64,000 bases of DNA from Myxococcota bacterium (lineage in GTDB: Bacteria; Myxococcota_A; UBA796; GCA-2862545), in contig JBCCQY010000008.1 of the NCBI GenBank assembly GCA_039208735.1, positions 34,703 to 98,702 of the forward strand. Reading direction: 5' to 3'. This document shows, one piece after another, positions 42,029-51,115 of this stretch. Below the pieces are notes generated by a model. The model saw nothing but the letters and a program-made list of their open reading frames with translations. It was not told the DNA's origin and did not search any database. Numbering within the stretch: the stretch's first letter is position 1; every line of letters begins with the position of its first letter. Both the position numbers and the translations under genes were made by a program.

Positions 42029-43198
42029 TCAAAGGGGGAACCGCAGCTCGGCCTCCTTCAGCGAAACCTGCCACGGTTGCGCTGGGTAAACGGCCTCGAG
42101 TCGGCGGAGCAACTGTCGGGTCTTTAGGCCGTCGAACCACTCATGCACCCTCAACGCAAGTTGGTGAGGGGGCGCATTGCGAACGGCTCGCGCCAATCCC
42201 TCGGGGACGCCCATCGCATGCAGCGCCTCTTGAACCGCAGGACGGCCCGGAGGGGTGGACGTGGGATTGCGCTGCAAATGAACGGCCCAGCCCGGAAGTC
42301 CTTCCAACACCTCTCGCAGACACTCAAAAAGTTCAGGATGCGGCAGGCAGTACCTTGCCCGATCCATCGCAGCGGTCGCAGGACCCGTGCCAAAGGGAAC
42401 TCTCGCCGATCGACGGGCACGAATTCGGATCGGCGGCGTATCCGGCGTCGCGAAGGGCCCGAGCTTGCGTGCCTTGTTCAACAGGTGAAAGTCCTCACCC
42501 GCGGCCCGCTTCGGAAACCCTCGTACGTTCGCATACGCATTTGCGTCGACCGCGAGCGTACTGCCAATGCTGAAATGAGCGTAGGGCGACCCTGCCCATC
42601 GCAATCCAGCGACGTAGTAGCGCAGGTACATTTCATACAGCCGATGCGCTTCGTCCACGGCCGAATCCCCGCCTGGGACATGCGTGAACCGGTGGGTGAG
42701 CGCAACGACGTCTGGGGCAACGCCTACGTTGAGGAGTTCCGCAGGAAGCGTCGCATCCGCATCAGTGCTAACCAAAAAGCGTCGAGCCACTCTTCCTCGA
42801 CGATAAAGCGCAAGCGCAACATCGAAGCCAATCTTCCTTGCCAGTCCCACCCCCTGTTTGCGCGGGAGACGACGACCAGGACTGGATCGATCCAATAAGA
42901 GCAGGGCCCGATCGGACTGCTCTCCAAACCAAGCGCCCTCGGCCAGAGGGTTGGTCTGAAAGCACGCCCGCAATGCAGCCACCGTTTCGGCGTTCTGATG
43001 GTGGACCGATGCCGCTTGGTCGTCATGGCCATTGACCACCAGGATGTAGAGCGTCGCCTTTGGTAACCAGCCATCTACGAGCGAGGGCGCTTCATCGGTG
43101 GCGGGAACCACCACAACATGGCGATAGTGACCGTCCAGCCGGTCGGCCAGATGCGCTTCCGCCTCTGCATAACGGCCGAGGTACTGGTCGATAGACAT
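42029..43198 (-). CDS. Putative family-2-like glycosyltransferase
   Basis: VVVVPATDE, GVGLARKIGFD, STDADA (DxD), VRGFPKRAAGEDF. Confidence 0.7.
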   Translation of the reverse strand: MSIDQYLGRYAEAEAHLADRLDGHYRHVVVVPATDEAPSLVDGWLPKATLYILVVNGHDDQAASVHHQNAETVAALRACFQTNPLAEGAWFGEQSDRALLLLDRSSPGRRLPRKQGVGLARKIGFDVALALYRRGRVARRFLVSTDADATLPAELLNVGVAPDVVALTHRFTHVPGGDSAVDEAHRLYEMYLRYYVAGLRWAGSPYAHFSIGSTLAVDANAYANVRGFPKRAAGEDFHLLNKARKLGPFATPDTPPIRIRARRSARVPFGTGPATAAMDRARYCLPHPELFECLREVLEGLPGWAVHLQRNPTSTPPGRPAVQEALHAMGVPEGLARAVRNAPPHQLALRVHEWFDGLKTRQLLRRLEAVYPAQPWQVSLKEAELRFPL

Positions 43199-43200
43199 GG

Positions 43201-43776
43201 TTAGTGCAGGGCCGCACGCGACGGAAGAGTAGAAACCACGCTTGCTTCCAGCGTCAACCAGTAGTCAAGACGCTCCGTGACCCTGTCGCGATGAAAGAAA
43301 TGCTGGGCGAGCCGTACAAAGAGGCCCTGATGACGGCCTTCGGAGCGCGTAATCTCAAGGTAGAAGGCTGCCAACGGATCGTCTCGCTCCGCGAGCGCCT
43401 CGGCGACCAGGCGAAACCGCTCACAGCCTCGGGCTTCGACCACCGCCGCGATCAGCAAATGATCGAGCAGGCGAGCCTCACCCTTGCCGGCGGCCTCTCG
43501 TCGTAAAGCGCCGACATACTGGTCTTTCGTATCGGCCGCAAGCTGAAGCCCGCGCTCTCGAATAATGCGATAGACCTGGTGAAAGTGCTCCAACTCTTCC
43601 CGAGCAAACCCGATCATCTCGTCTACGAGGACTGGACGATCCGGATAGCGCACGACGAACCCCATCCCCGTGGCGCTTGCCTTGCGCTCGCACGCCGCGT
43701 GATCGATCAGGAACGCGTCGAAGTCGGCCAATACCGGCTCGACCCACGTCGAGGCTGTGGCGGTCCGAAGTTTCAT
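43201..43776 (-). CDS. miaE: tRNA-(ms2io6A37) hydroxylase
   Basis: DHAACERKAS, AREELEHF, VEARGCERF, SEGRH di-iron motifs. Confidence 0.92.
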   Translation of the reverse strand: MKLRTATASTWVEPVLADFDAFLIDHAACERKASATGMGFVVRYPDRPVLVDEMIGFAREELEHFHQVYRIIRERGLQLAADTKDQYVGALRREAAGKGEARLLDHLLIAAVVEARGCERFRLVAEALAERDDPLAAFYLEITRSEGRHQGLFVRLAQHFFHRDRVTERLDYWLTLEASVVSTLPSRAALH

Positions 43777-43782
43777 TCCACC

Positions 43783-45216
43783 TCATAGCTCGGCCCGCGA
43801 AGCGTCTCCGAACCCTACTTCGACCCGAACCCCGCCGGACTCCGAACGGGTCAGTCGAAGGGTTCCCCCGTGCCCGGCCACAATCTCCCGACATAGTGCG
43901 AGGCCCACCCCGCTGCCGTCCGGTCGCGTGGTGAACCCAGGAATCAACGCCTGGGTCTGCGCCTCCTCCGACAAGCCCTCTCCATCGTCCGTCACGACGA
44001 TGACGAGACCCGGACGGGCAAGCGCCGAAACCCGAATGGTCATGGCATTGGCGTCCCGTGCATTCTGAATCAGGTTGATAAGCACTTGCTCGACCTGCCC
44101 GATGTCAAACGAGGCCTCTTCGATGTCGACCGTGTCGATGCGGAAGCCAAGACTGGGCGCGAGCCGCTGCAACCAGGGTCGAAGCACGACGGGGCGCCGC
44201 TTTGGAGCCGGCAAACGAGCCAACCGCGCGTGTTCTCGCAAGAACCTGGCGAGATGGTCGATCCTCGAGCGCAAGGTCTTCAGCACCTCCGTCGCGGGAG
44301 AGGTGGGCTCGATCAGGTGATGCAGCGAGTGCACCATCGAGGACATCGGTGCCAATGAGTTGTTCAACTCATGGGTGAGGGCCCGGAGCAGGTCCCGCCA
44401 GGCATCCAGCGTCGTCCGATCGACGGCCTGTGTGACCTCGCGAATGCTGAAGAGGCCGTGCGGTCGGTCCCGAAGAACCAACGTCCGGTGATGAATTTGA
44501 TAGGTTCGTGGCCCGATGGGCACTAGTTCGGTTCGCTCCGGCACCGCGAGGGGGCGAGGGTCGGGAAACCGCCCCAACGCCGTCGTCGCGAACCGCTCGG
44601 TCCCCTCCTTGGTCTGAAGCACCATGCCGTCTTCCGTCGCAGCAAGCACAGCCCCGAGCATCGCTTCTTGCTCACGGAGCAACGTCACGTCCACTTGGGT
44701 CCGATGGACTGCCGCGCCTCCAAGCACCGCGACCAGGCCCGATGCGATGAACGCGGGAAGGGCCGCCACCACGTCGAGCGGCCGTGGGTCGCCGATCAGA
44801 ATCCCTGCCGCTCCGATCCCCACCAGCGCCGAAACCACGGCAAGAATCACCACGGGCGCCGTTCTGCAAGCGGGACCCGGCGAAATCAAAGGGTAGATCG
44901 CTACCATCACGACGGCCCAGTTCAACGCGGCCGCCGGTTGGCCCGTCTCGTAGGCCGTCAAAGCAGCAAATCCCGCCAACGTACAGCTCGAAAGTACATA
45001 GATGGCGCGGGCGAGTCCGGCCAGGATGCGATCGGGCATCCCGAACGTGGCGAGGGCAAGCATCGCCCAAAGCGCCATCGAGATGAGATCGACCTGCTGT
45101 CCGTAGCGCAAGGCCGCCTCACGACCGAGGCCCAAGAACCAAATGAGATTGGAGATCGAAAGGCCAAGGAGCAAGGCCGTAAGCACCGGGGCAAGCACCT
45201 GTAAGCGGGCCTTCAT
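43783..45216 (-). CDS. Membrane sensor histidine kinase
   Basis: Multiple TM helices; THELNNSLAP, EQVLINLIQNA, DDGEG, FTTRPDGSGVGL. Confidence 0.9.
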   Translation of the reverse strand: MKARLQVLAPVLTALLLGLSISNLIWFLGLGREAALRYGQQVDLISMALWAMLALATFGMPDRILAGLARAIYVLSSCTLAGFAALTAYETGQPAAALNWAVVMVAIYPLISPGPACRTAPVVILAVVSALVGIGAAGILIGDPRPLDVVAALPAFIASGLVAVLGGAAVHRTQVDVTLLREQEAMLGAVLAATEDGMVLQTKEGTERFATTALGRFPDPRPLAVPERTELVPIGPRTYQIHHRTLVLRDRPHGLFSIREVTQAVDRTTLDAWRDLLRALTHELNNSLAPMSSMVHSLHHLIEPTSPATEVLKTLRSRIDHLARFLREHARLARLPAPKRRPVVLRPWLQRLAPSLGFRIDTVDIEEASFDIGQVEQVLINLIQNARDANAMTIRVSALARPGLVIVVTDDGEGLSEEAQTQALIPGFTTRPDGSGVGLALCREIVAGHGGTLRLTRSESGGVRVEVGFGDASRAEL

Positions 45217-46508
45217 CTCCGCACGCGGCGCTGTACCTGCACCCCCAGCCGTTCCATTCGACGGTACAGCGCCTGCCGAGACAAGCCCAAGGCCCGCGCC
45301 GCGTGTGCAACCACGCCATCCGCCTCCCTCAAGGCCTGTTCGATCTGCTCCCGCTCGTCATCCCCAACGGGGCCCCGTGCATCGACAAGGCCCAGGTCAC
45401 TCGCCCCCACGCGCTCTCCTTGACGGGTCAGCGCTCCCCGCTGGATCGCATGCTTCAGCTCGCGAACGTTCCCTGGCCAGTCGTGGGCGTGCAACGCCGC
45501 CCGCGCAGTCCCTTCGAGGACCTCGGGGTCGAGGCCTTGTTCGGCCAAGAACGCATCGGCCAGCGCATCGATGTCGTCGGGTCGAGTCGCCAACGGCGGA
45601 ATCGCAATTTCGACCGCTGCCAACCGAAAATAGAGGTCGTCTCGAAAGTGATCGGACGCTCGAAGATCGATGTTCGTCGCGGCCGCCACCCGTACGTCGA
45701 CCCGTTCGACCGGACCTCCACCCAATGCACGAATCTCTTGGGTCTCGAGAGCCCGCAGCAGGGCCGCCTGCCCGTGGCTCGAAAGTGTAGCGATTTCGTC
45801 GAGGAACAACGTGCCTTGGCGAGCCTCCTGGAAACGCCCACGCCGGTCCCGCTCCGCACCCGTAAAGGCCCCTCGCCGCACCCCAAACAGCTCGGCTTCG
45901 ATCAGGCTGTCGGGCAACGCTCCGCAATTCACGGGTACGAAGCGACCGGGTCGTCCCGAATGATCAGCAATGAGCTTGGCAATGCGCTCCTTTCCGACCC
46001 CCGACGGACCGGTCACAAGCACGGGTACGGTGGCCGGAGCCACCCGGAGGGCCAAGGCCACCACACGGGCCATCGCCGACGAACGATAGATGAGCCCTTC
46101 AACCTGTGGTTGATGGGCAACTTCTCGAGCGGTTCGACGTTGTTCCAAGAACCGCTTCAGCTGACGCACCAGGCGCACATCGTCCCATGGCTTTTCGACG
46201 TAGTCATCCGCGCCTTCCCGAACGAGTTCGACCGCGGTCGGAAGATCCGAATAGGCGGTGAGCAGAATGATGCGAAGGTCAGGATCGATCGCACGAAGCG
46301 TGCGAAACAAGGCGCGGCCCTCTTCGCCCTTCGTGGCGCCCAGCGTGAAGTTCATGTCTTGGACGACCACGCTAATGTCACCCTGGCGCACCCAGTGACA
46401 CGCGGCCTCGGGCGTACTTGCGACCTCGACGGGCAAGTCGTGGACTACGCACAACAGCTGTAGGGCTTGACGTACCGCCTCATTGTCATCGACCACCAGA
46501 ACGCGCAT
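45213..46508 (-). CDS. Sigma54-dependent NtrC-family response regulator
   Basis: Receiver domain, GPSGVGKE, ELFG..GAFTGA, LFLDEI, WPGNVREL, Fis HTH. Confidence 0.95.
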   Translation of the reverse strand: MRVLVVDDNEAVRQALQLLCVVHDLPVEVASTPEAACHWVRQGDISVVVQDMNFTLGATKGEEGRALFRTLRAIDPDLRIILLTAYSDLPTAVELVREGADDYVEKPWDDVRLVRQLKRFLEQRRTAREVAHQPQVEGLIYRSSAMARVVALALRVAPATVPVLVTGPSGVGKERIAKLIADHSGRPGRFVPVNCGALPDSLIEAELFGVRRGAFTGAERDRRGRFQEARQGTLFLDEIATLSSHGQAALLRALETQEIRALGGGPVERVDVRVAAATNIDLRASDHFRDDLYFRLAAVEIAIPPLATRPDDIDALADAFLAEQGLDPEVLEGTARAALHAHDWPGNVRELKHAIQRGALTRQGERVGASDLGLVDARGPVGDDEREQIEQALREADGVVAHAARALGLSRQALYRRMERLGVQVQRRVRR

Positions 46509-46534
46509 GTCTAGAGCGTAGCAGGGCTCTCCAA

Positions 46535-46625
46535 CGGACAGGTGTCCGGCCGAATTCCGACACCTGTCCGACTGCTCCACCATTTCTCTGCTTCAACCAT
46601 CACAGAAGTCGGCACGCGACCTGCT
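46535..46625 (+). promoter_or_regulatory. Enhancer (UAS) inverted repeat and sigma54 promoter
   Basis: CGGACAGGTGTC (46535-46546) / GACACCTGTCCG (46559-46570) perfect inverted repeat; CGGCACGCGACCTGCT with GG at 46611-12 and GC at 46623-24 (GG-N10-GC). Confidence 0.8.
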
Positions 46626-46656
46626 GTACAGGGACCCGTCTTCCAATGGAGGAGTC

Positions 46657-48252
46657 ATGTTCCGAATCTGTCTTGCCGCCCTCTTCATGGCCTGTGCTGA
46701 CCCCAATCGCGCTCCCCAAACCACAGGAGATCTCTCCTGGGAGCCGTGTCCACTCCGCGCCGACGAACGCGGACAGCCCACCCAGTGCACGACCACCGCC
46801 ATGCCCTTGTGGTGGGATGACCCCGAAGGCGACACGGTCGAGTTGTTTGCCCAGCGCCACTTGTCCGCCGGCGGTGAGCGAGTGCTCTGGCTCTTGCCGG
46901 GAGGCCCCGGGCAGACGGGTGCCGTGTACGAGGATATCATCAAGCGCTTGGCGAGCCGGTTGCCCGAAACCGATCTGTATGTGTTCGAACATCGAGGGGT
47001 CGGTCGTTCAAGCCGCTTGGGCTGTCCGCTTCAAGAAGCGCCCGATAGTGAAGACGGCATCGACGTCAGCCCCAACGAATGGCCGAATTGTCTGGAGTCT
47101 GTTGTCACCGAAGTGGGTGATGACCTGGCTGCCTACTCGAGTCAAGCGGCAGCGGACGACCTGGCCGAGTGGATTCGCCTGACCGCCGAGGGGCGTGAGG
47201 TCTATGTGTACGGAGCATCGTACGGCACGACCCTTGCCCATCGATTCTTGCAGCGGCATCCTGACCTGGCCGATGGCGTGATCCTTGATTCGCTGGCCCT
47301 CGACGTCGACCATCGGGTGTACGACTCCGAATTCGATGAGGTCGCGCGGCGCGTGTTCGACGCGTGCAGCGATGACGATCGATGCACCGAAGCCATGGGT
47401 CCCGACGCAACGGCTGAGGCTGAAGCCATTCGAGATCGAGTCGACCAGGGGAGCTGCTCCGCCATCGATGGAACGACGCTACGGCGGGGCGCCGCAGCAT
47501 TTGCCGCCGACCCATCCATGCGAGGCTTTATGCCTGCTTTGTACCATCGCTCCGGCCGGTGCACCGAAGACGACGCCGACGATCTCACACGTCTCCGCAA
47601 TCTCTTCGAGGGCGCGGAGCCCCATTACACCGAAACCCTCTATAGTCCTGTGCTGTTCGCAAACATCGAGCTGTCGGAACAGTGGCCGGAGCCGTGGCCA
47701 TCGCTCGCGGACCTGGAAGCCGCGGAAGCGGAGACCCTGGCGAGCTTTGGTCTAGGGGCTCGACAGCGTCCGTTGCTCGACATCTGGCCGAGGTACCCCT
47801 TTGATTATTCGGCAGACAACGCCCTTGCCGACACCACTACCCCCATGTTGCTCCTGCACGGTGACCTCGACCCCCTGACACCACCCTGGCGCGCCGAATC
47901 GGCTCGGGACCATTTTACCGCTCCCGGCCAGCACTTTGTTCGGTTCCCCCGCGGGTCGCATGTGCTGTTGGGCACCACCCCCGCGCCAGGCGGAGACTGT
48001 GCGACGGAACTCCTGGCGGACTTCCTCGACGAGCCGATGACCCGGCCCGATGCCTCATGCGCAGAGGAGACGACGGAATTGGACTTTGATGGTGCACCGC
48101 TGCGGAGCTGGCTCTTGTTCAGCGATTGCAGTCGGTACGGAAACGGCTGCGGTGGCGGCCAGGCGTCGATGAGCCTTGTTCCATTGGCGTTGGCCCTGTT
48201 CCGGCGGCGGCGTGGCTCCGCGAGGAGCGCAAGCCGTCGCATGCCGAGTTGA
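46657..48252 (+). CDS. Exported alpha/beta hydrolase (TAP-like peptidase family) with lipobox and MYXO-CTERM-like tail
   Basis: FMAC lipobox; PGGPG, HRGVGRS, GASYG, DPLTP, GSH; C-terminal GCGGG..LVPLALALFRRRR. Confidence 0.85.
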   Translation: MFRICLAALFMACADPNRAPQTTGDLSWEPCPLRADERGQPTQCTTTAMPLWWDDPEGDTVELFAQRHLSAGGERVLWLLPGGPGQTGAVYEDIIKRLASRLPETDLYVFEHRGVGRSSRLGCPLQEAPDSEDGIDVSPNEWPNCLESVVTEVGDDLAAYSSQAAADDLAEWIRLTAEGREVYVYGASYGTTLAHRFLQRHPDLADGVILDSLALDVDHRVYDSEFDEVARRVFDACSDDDRCTEAMGPDATAEAEAIRDRVDQGSCSAIDGTTLRRGAAAFAADPSMRGFMPALYHRSGRCTEDDADDLTRLRNLFEGAEPHYTETLYSPVLFANIELSEQWPEPWPSLADLEAAEAETLASFGLGARQRPLLDIWPRYPFDYSADNALADTTTPMLLLHGDLDPLTPPWRAESARDHFTAPGQHFVRFPRGSHVLLGTTPAPGGDCATELLADFLDEPMTRPDASCAEETTELDFDGAPLRSWLLFSDCSRYGNGCGGGQASMSLVPLALALFRRRRGSARSASRRMPS

Positions 48253-48628
48253 ACTGCCACTAAGACGTCCCTCAAACAGGTTGCGATAACGTTGAAGGTG
48301 AGCGACGACCTCGAAATGTCGGCCACAAATCCAAGGCCTCATGCGTCTTATCGACGAGAGACGTAGGGGCGCCAAGACCACAAGCGCACAACCGGCCCGC
48401 GAGAATTGAGGAAGCGCAGCATTTGCCAAACCAAGCACCGCATCGAGCCAGGGCCAGCGCCGGAAATCAGCACTATCAACTTTGAATCACTCATATGCCT
48501 GCGGGCCAACAAGCCACACCAGCCAGCAACTTGCCTTGCAGGTGAAGACAAGCTCATGTATGGTGCTCCACAAACATGGGCTCGGCCTACCGATCCGCAC
48601 TTGGCTATGCCACCACGAGGAGATTGTC

Positions 48629-49813
48629 ATGCAGCGACGCCAGTTTCTCACTTCCGTCGCGGCGCTGGGGGCTGCCACCCCGCTAAACGCAGCCTGGGCG
48701 GAGGCTCGAACCACCGATCCCCGGCTCGTTGTTTTCGTCCTCATGGGCGCACTCGATGGCCTCACTGCGATACCCGCACACGGCGACCCTCACTACAGAC
48801 AGGTTCGCAGAGACCTTGCCCTTCCCCCACCAGGGGCCAAGGGTGGGCCCGTCAACCTTGACGGAACGTTCGGGCTCCATCCATCAATGGCTCCACTGTA
48901 TCCGCTTTACCAGCAACGGCAGTTGCTCGTGGCACACGCGATCGGGATGCCATATCGCGAATCGTCACACGCGCGCGGCCAGCGCATTCTCGAGGGAGGA
49001 ACGAATCGGCTTTCATCGTTACGTACCGGCTGGCTGACGCGTGCATTAGGTTCGAACGCGAAAACCGTGGTCGTGGGACGAAAGGTCCCTCTTTTGATTC
49101 AGGGGCGCACCCAAACAAGCCTCCTAAATCCGCATGCCACACAAGCTATGGAGTGCAACACTGATGATACGCCTCGCTCGCGAGTTTCGCCGTTCAGCAA
49201 ATGGGAGCGTTCGCTCCTCGCCTCGGCCCGAATTGTCGGTCACCAGCTCAGCGAGCCCCACGGCGTACGTAGCGCCGTCTTCCTCCTTGGCGGATGGGAC
49301 ACCCACACTCATCAAGCCGACGGTTACGAACATAAGCTCGCTCTTCTGTCCCACGCCATTCTCGCCATGAAGCGGCAGATGTCAGAAGAGGTCTGGCGCC
49401 AAAGTACCCTGTTGGGTGTTACAGAATTCGGCCGAAGCGTGGTACCTAACAATTATGGCGGAACCGACCATGGGATGGGCTCCCTTGCGCTTCTCGCCGG
49501 TGGTGCTGTTGCCGGGGGAAGAGTCCTGACTGACTGGCCAGGGTTATCGCCAAAGCGGCTCATTGGTGGCGAGCACCTTCGTCCGACCCACGACCTGAGA
49601 GGGCTCCTCAAAGGAGTGCTCCATGATCACATGAACGTCAGCATGAAACGTCTGGAGCACTTTGTCTTTCCGGGAAGTCGAGGTGTTGCGATTTTGCCTG
49701 ACCTCATCAGGCCTCGGCCAGCATTAAATCCCGTAGACTCAACCCCCAGAGATGACCGCCGCGATGCACGAAAGCACCGTCGATGGCATCGGAAGAACCT
49801 TCGAAAGCACTAA
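48629..49813 (+). CDS. DUF1501-domain protein with Tat signal
   Basis: MQRRQFL; GALDGL, FGLHP, GGWDTH, TEFGR, GTDHG, GGAVAGG..DWPGL. Confidence 0.85.
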   Translation: MQRRQFLTSVAALGAATPLNAAWAEARTTDPRLVVFVLMGALDGLTAIPAHGDPHYRQVRRDLALPPPGAKGGPVNLDGTFGLHPSMAPLYPLYQQRQLLVAHAIGMPYRESSHARGQRILEGGTNRLSSLRTGWLTRALGSNAKTVVVGRKVPLLIQGRTQTSLLNPHATQAMECNTDDTPRSRVSPFSKWERSLLASARIVGHQLSEPHGVRSAVFLLGGWDTHTHQADGYEHKLALLSHAILAMKRQMSEEVWRQSTLLGVTEFGRSVVPNNYGGTDHGMGSLALLAGGAVAGGRVLTDWPGLSPKRLIGGEHLRPTHDLRGLLKGVLHDHMNVSMKRLEHFVFPGSRGVAILPDLIRPRPALNPVDSTPRDDRRDARKHRRWHRKNLRKH

Positions 49814-49823
49814 GCCGCCGCCT

Positions 49824-51107
49824 TCATTCGCCTGGCGATCCGGCCGCCTGGCGGAGCGTCCGAGCCTTTGGCTTCAGTTCTCGAGAGTCCAGAATTCTCA
49901 GGTTTTGCTGGATTCGTTTCGCGTAGGTGGGATAGCGTCGGTGGTCGGGAAACCGTACCATCAAACCTAAGGACAGCTCGTCAGCGCTTCGAAGATCCGA
50001 AGTTGCTATCCGTGCTTCGATCCCCTTGTCTGGGTCGGTTCGATCCGCGTACACCACAGTGAATGGGGTCTGCCAGTCTTCACTGGTACCCTTCCCGGCC
50101 AATTGAGTCAGCGGCACGCGAACCCGCACCGTGCCGTCGCCGCCCGACTCTACGTCGGGCAGTGTGACCGTGTCGTCAGCCACGTCTTGCAGCCATTGCC
50201 GGTGTGCTGGACCCGATTCAGGGATGCCAATCCCTAGTTTCCGGCGTGTCTTGTCACAGGCCTGAGTTTTCGGACACCAGATCACCTCCAGATGCTCCAA
50301 TTGCTCCAGTTCATGACGAAGCGGTCTCATTGCAGTTCGCACTGGCTGGTCATCCTTAACGGATACGTAGATATCGATGTGTTGGGCATCCACCTGCGAT
50401 GCGGCCACGGTAAGTTCGACGCCCTCCGAGTCCTTCTTTGATTCGCCATCACCAAGCAGACGGCTCACCTTTGAGTTGGGAGGAGCTAATCCCGGGGGCC
50501 CAATGACAGCAACAGCAGTCTCGGAGGTCTGAATCACCTCACCCTCATTCCCATAATCGCTCCATTGCCTGATGCGACGAAGGTTAATCCAATCAATCGA
50601 ACCACTATCTGCAGTCCACCCTCCGGAAGCCCATGACTCATGAACAACCTCCAGCTGCCCGCCCACCGGAGCAACCATCGCGCTGAAGGTCGCAGAACCT
50701 TGATAGACGGTCACTCGCGCGACGGCGGGAAGTACCAGATCAAAATCAGGGACAATCGCTATTGGTGAACATGCCCGTTCGAACTCCATCACCCATCTTC
50801 GGCCATCCTCTTCAACCACGTACCAAGAAGCCGGCCCGGGCTTCGGTCCGCATAAGAAGGCGAATTTCTCGTCGTTCTTCCCGTCGCCATCCAAGTCAGT
50901 GAGTCCCCAATTGGTAATTCGGAGCCCATCTGATTCAGCAAGGGCAGGAAGCCACTTTTCGAAGGACGGGCCCCGAGCTTGCGCAGAGATGGAGAACAGC
51001 GATGCAGTGGCAAGGATGAGCAGCATGCAAAGACGATAGCACATCAGGTGCAGACCTTGGTGACGGTGAACTGGCATGAGCGGACAAGGACTCAGAATTC
51101 GCTGCAT
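49824..51107 (-). CDS. Exported hypothetical protein with DOMON/CBM9-like C-terminal region
   Basis: Signal-like MLLILATASLFSISAQA (start may be 51026); DLDGDGKND loop; IYVSVKDD..LEVIW..VRVPL..FTVVYAD. Confidence 0.6.
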   Translation of the reverse strand: MQRILSPCPLMPVHRHQGLHLMCYRLCMLLILATASLFSISAQARGPSFEKWLPALAESDGLRITNWGLTDLDGDGKNDEKFAFLCGPKPGPASWYVVEEDGRRWVMEFERACSPIAIVPDFDLVLPAVARVTVYQGSATFSAMVAPVGGQLEVVHESWASGGWTADSGSIDWINLRRIRQWSDYGNEGEVIQTSETAVAVIGPPGLAPPNSKVSRLLGDGESKKDSEGVELTVAASQVDAQHIDIYVSVKDDQPVRTAMRPLRHELEQLEHLEVIWCPKTQACDKTRRKLGIGIPESGPAHRQWLQDVADDTVTLPDVESGGDGTVRVRVPLTQLAGKGTSEDWQTPFTVVYADRTDPDKGIEARIATSDLRSADELSLGLMVRFPDHRRYPTYAKRIQQNLRILDSRELKPKARTLRQAAGSPGE

Positions 51108-51115
51108 TCCCTTTC

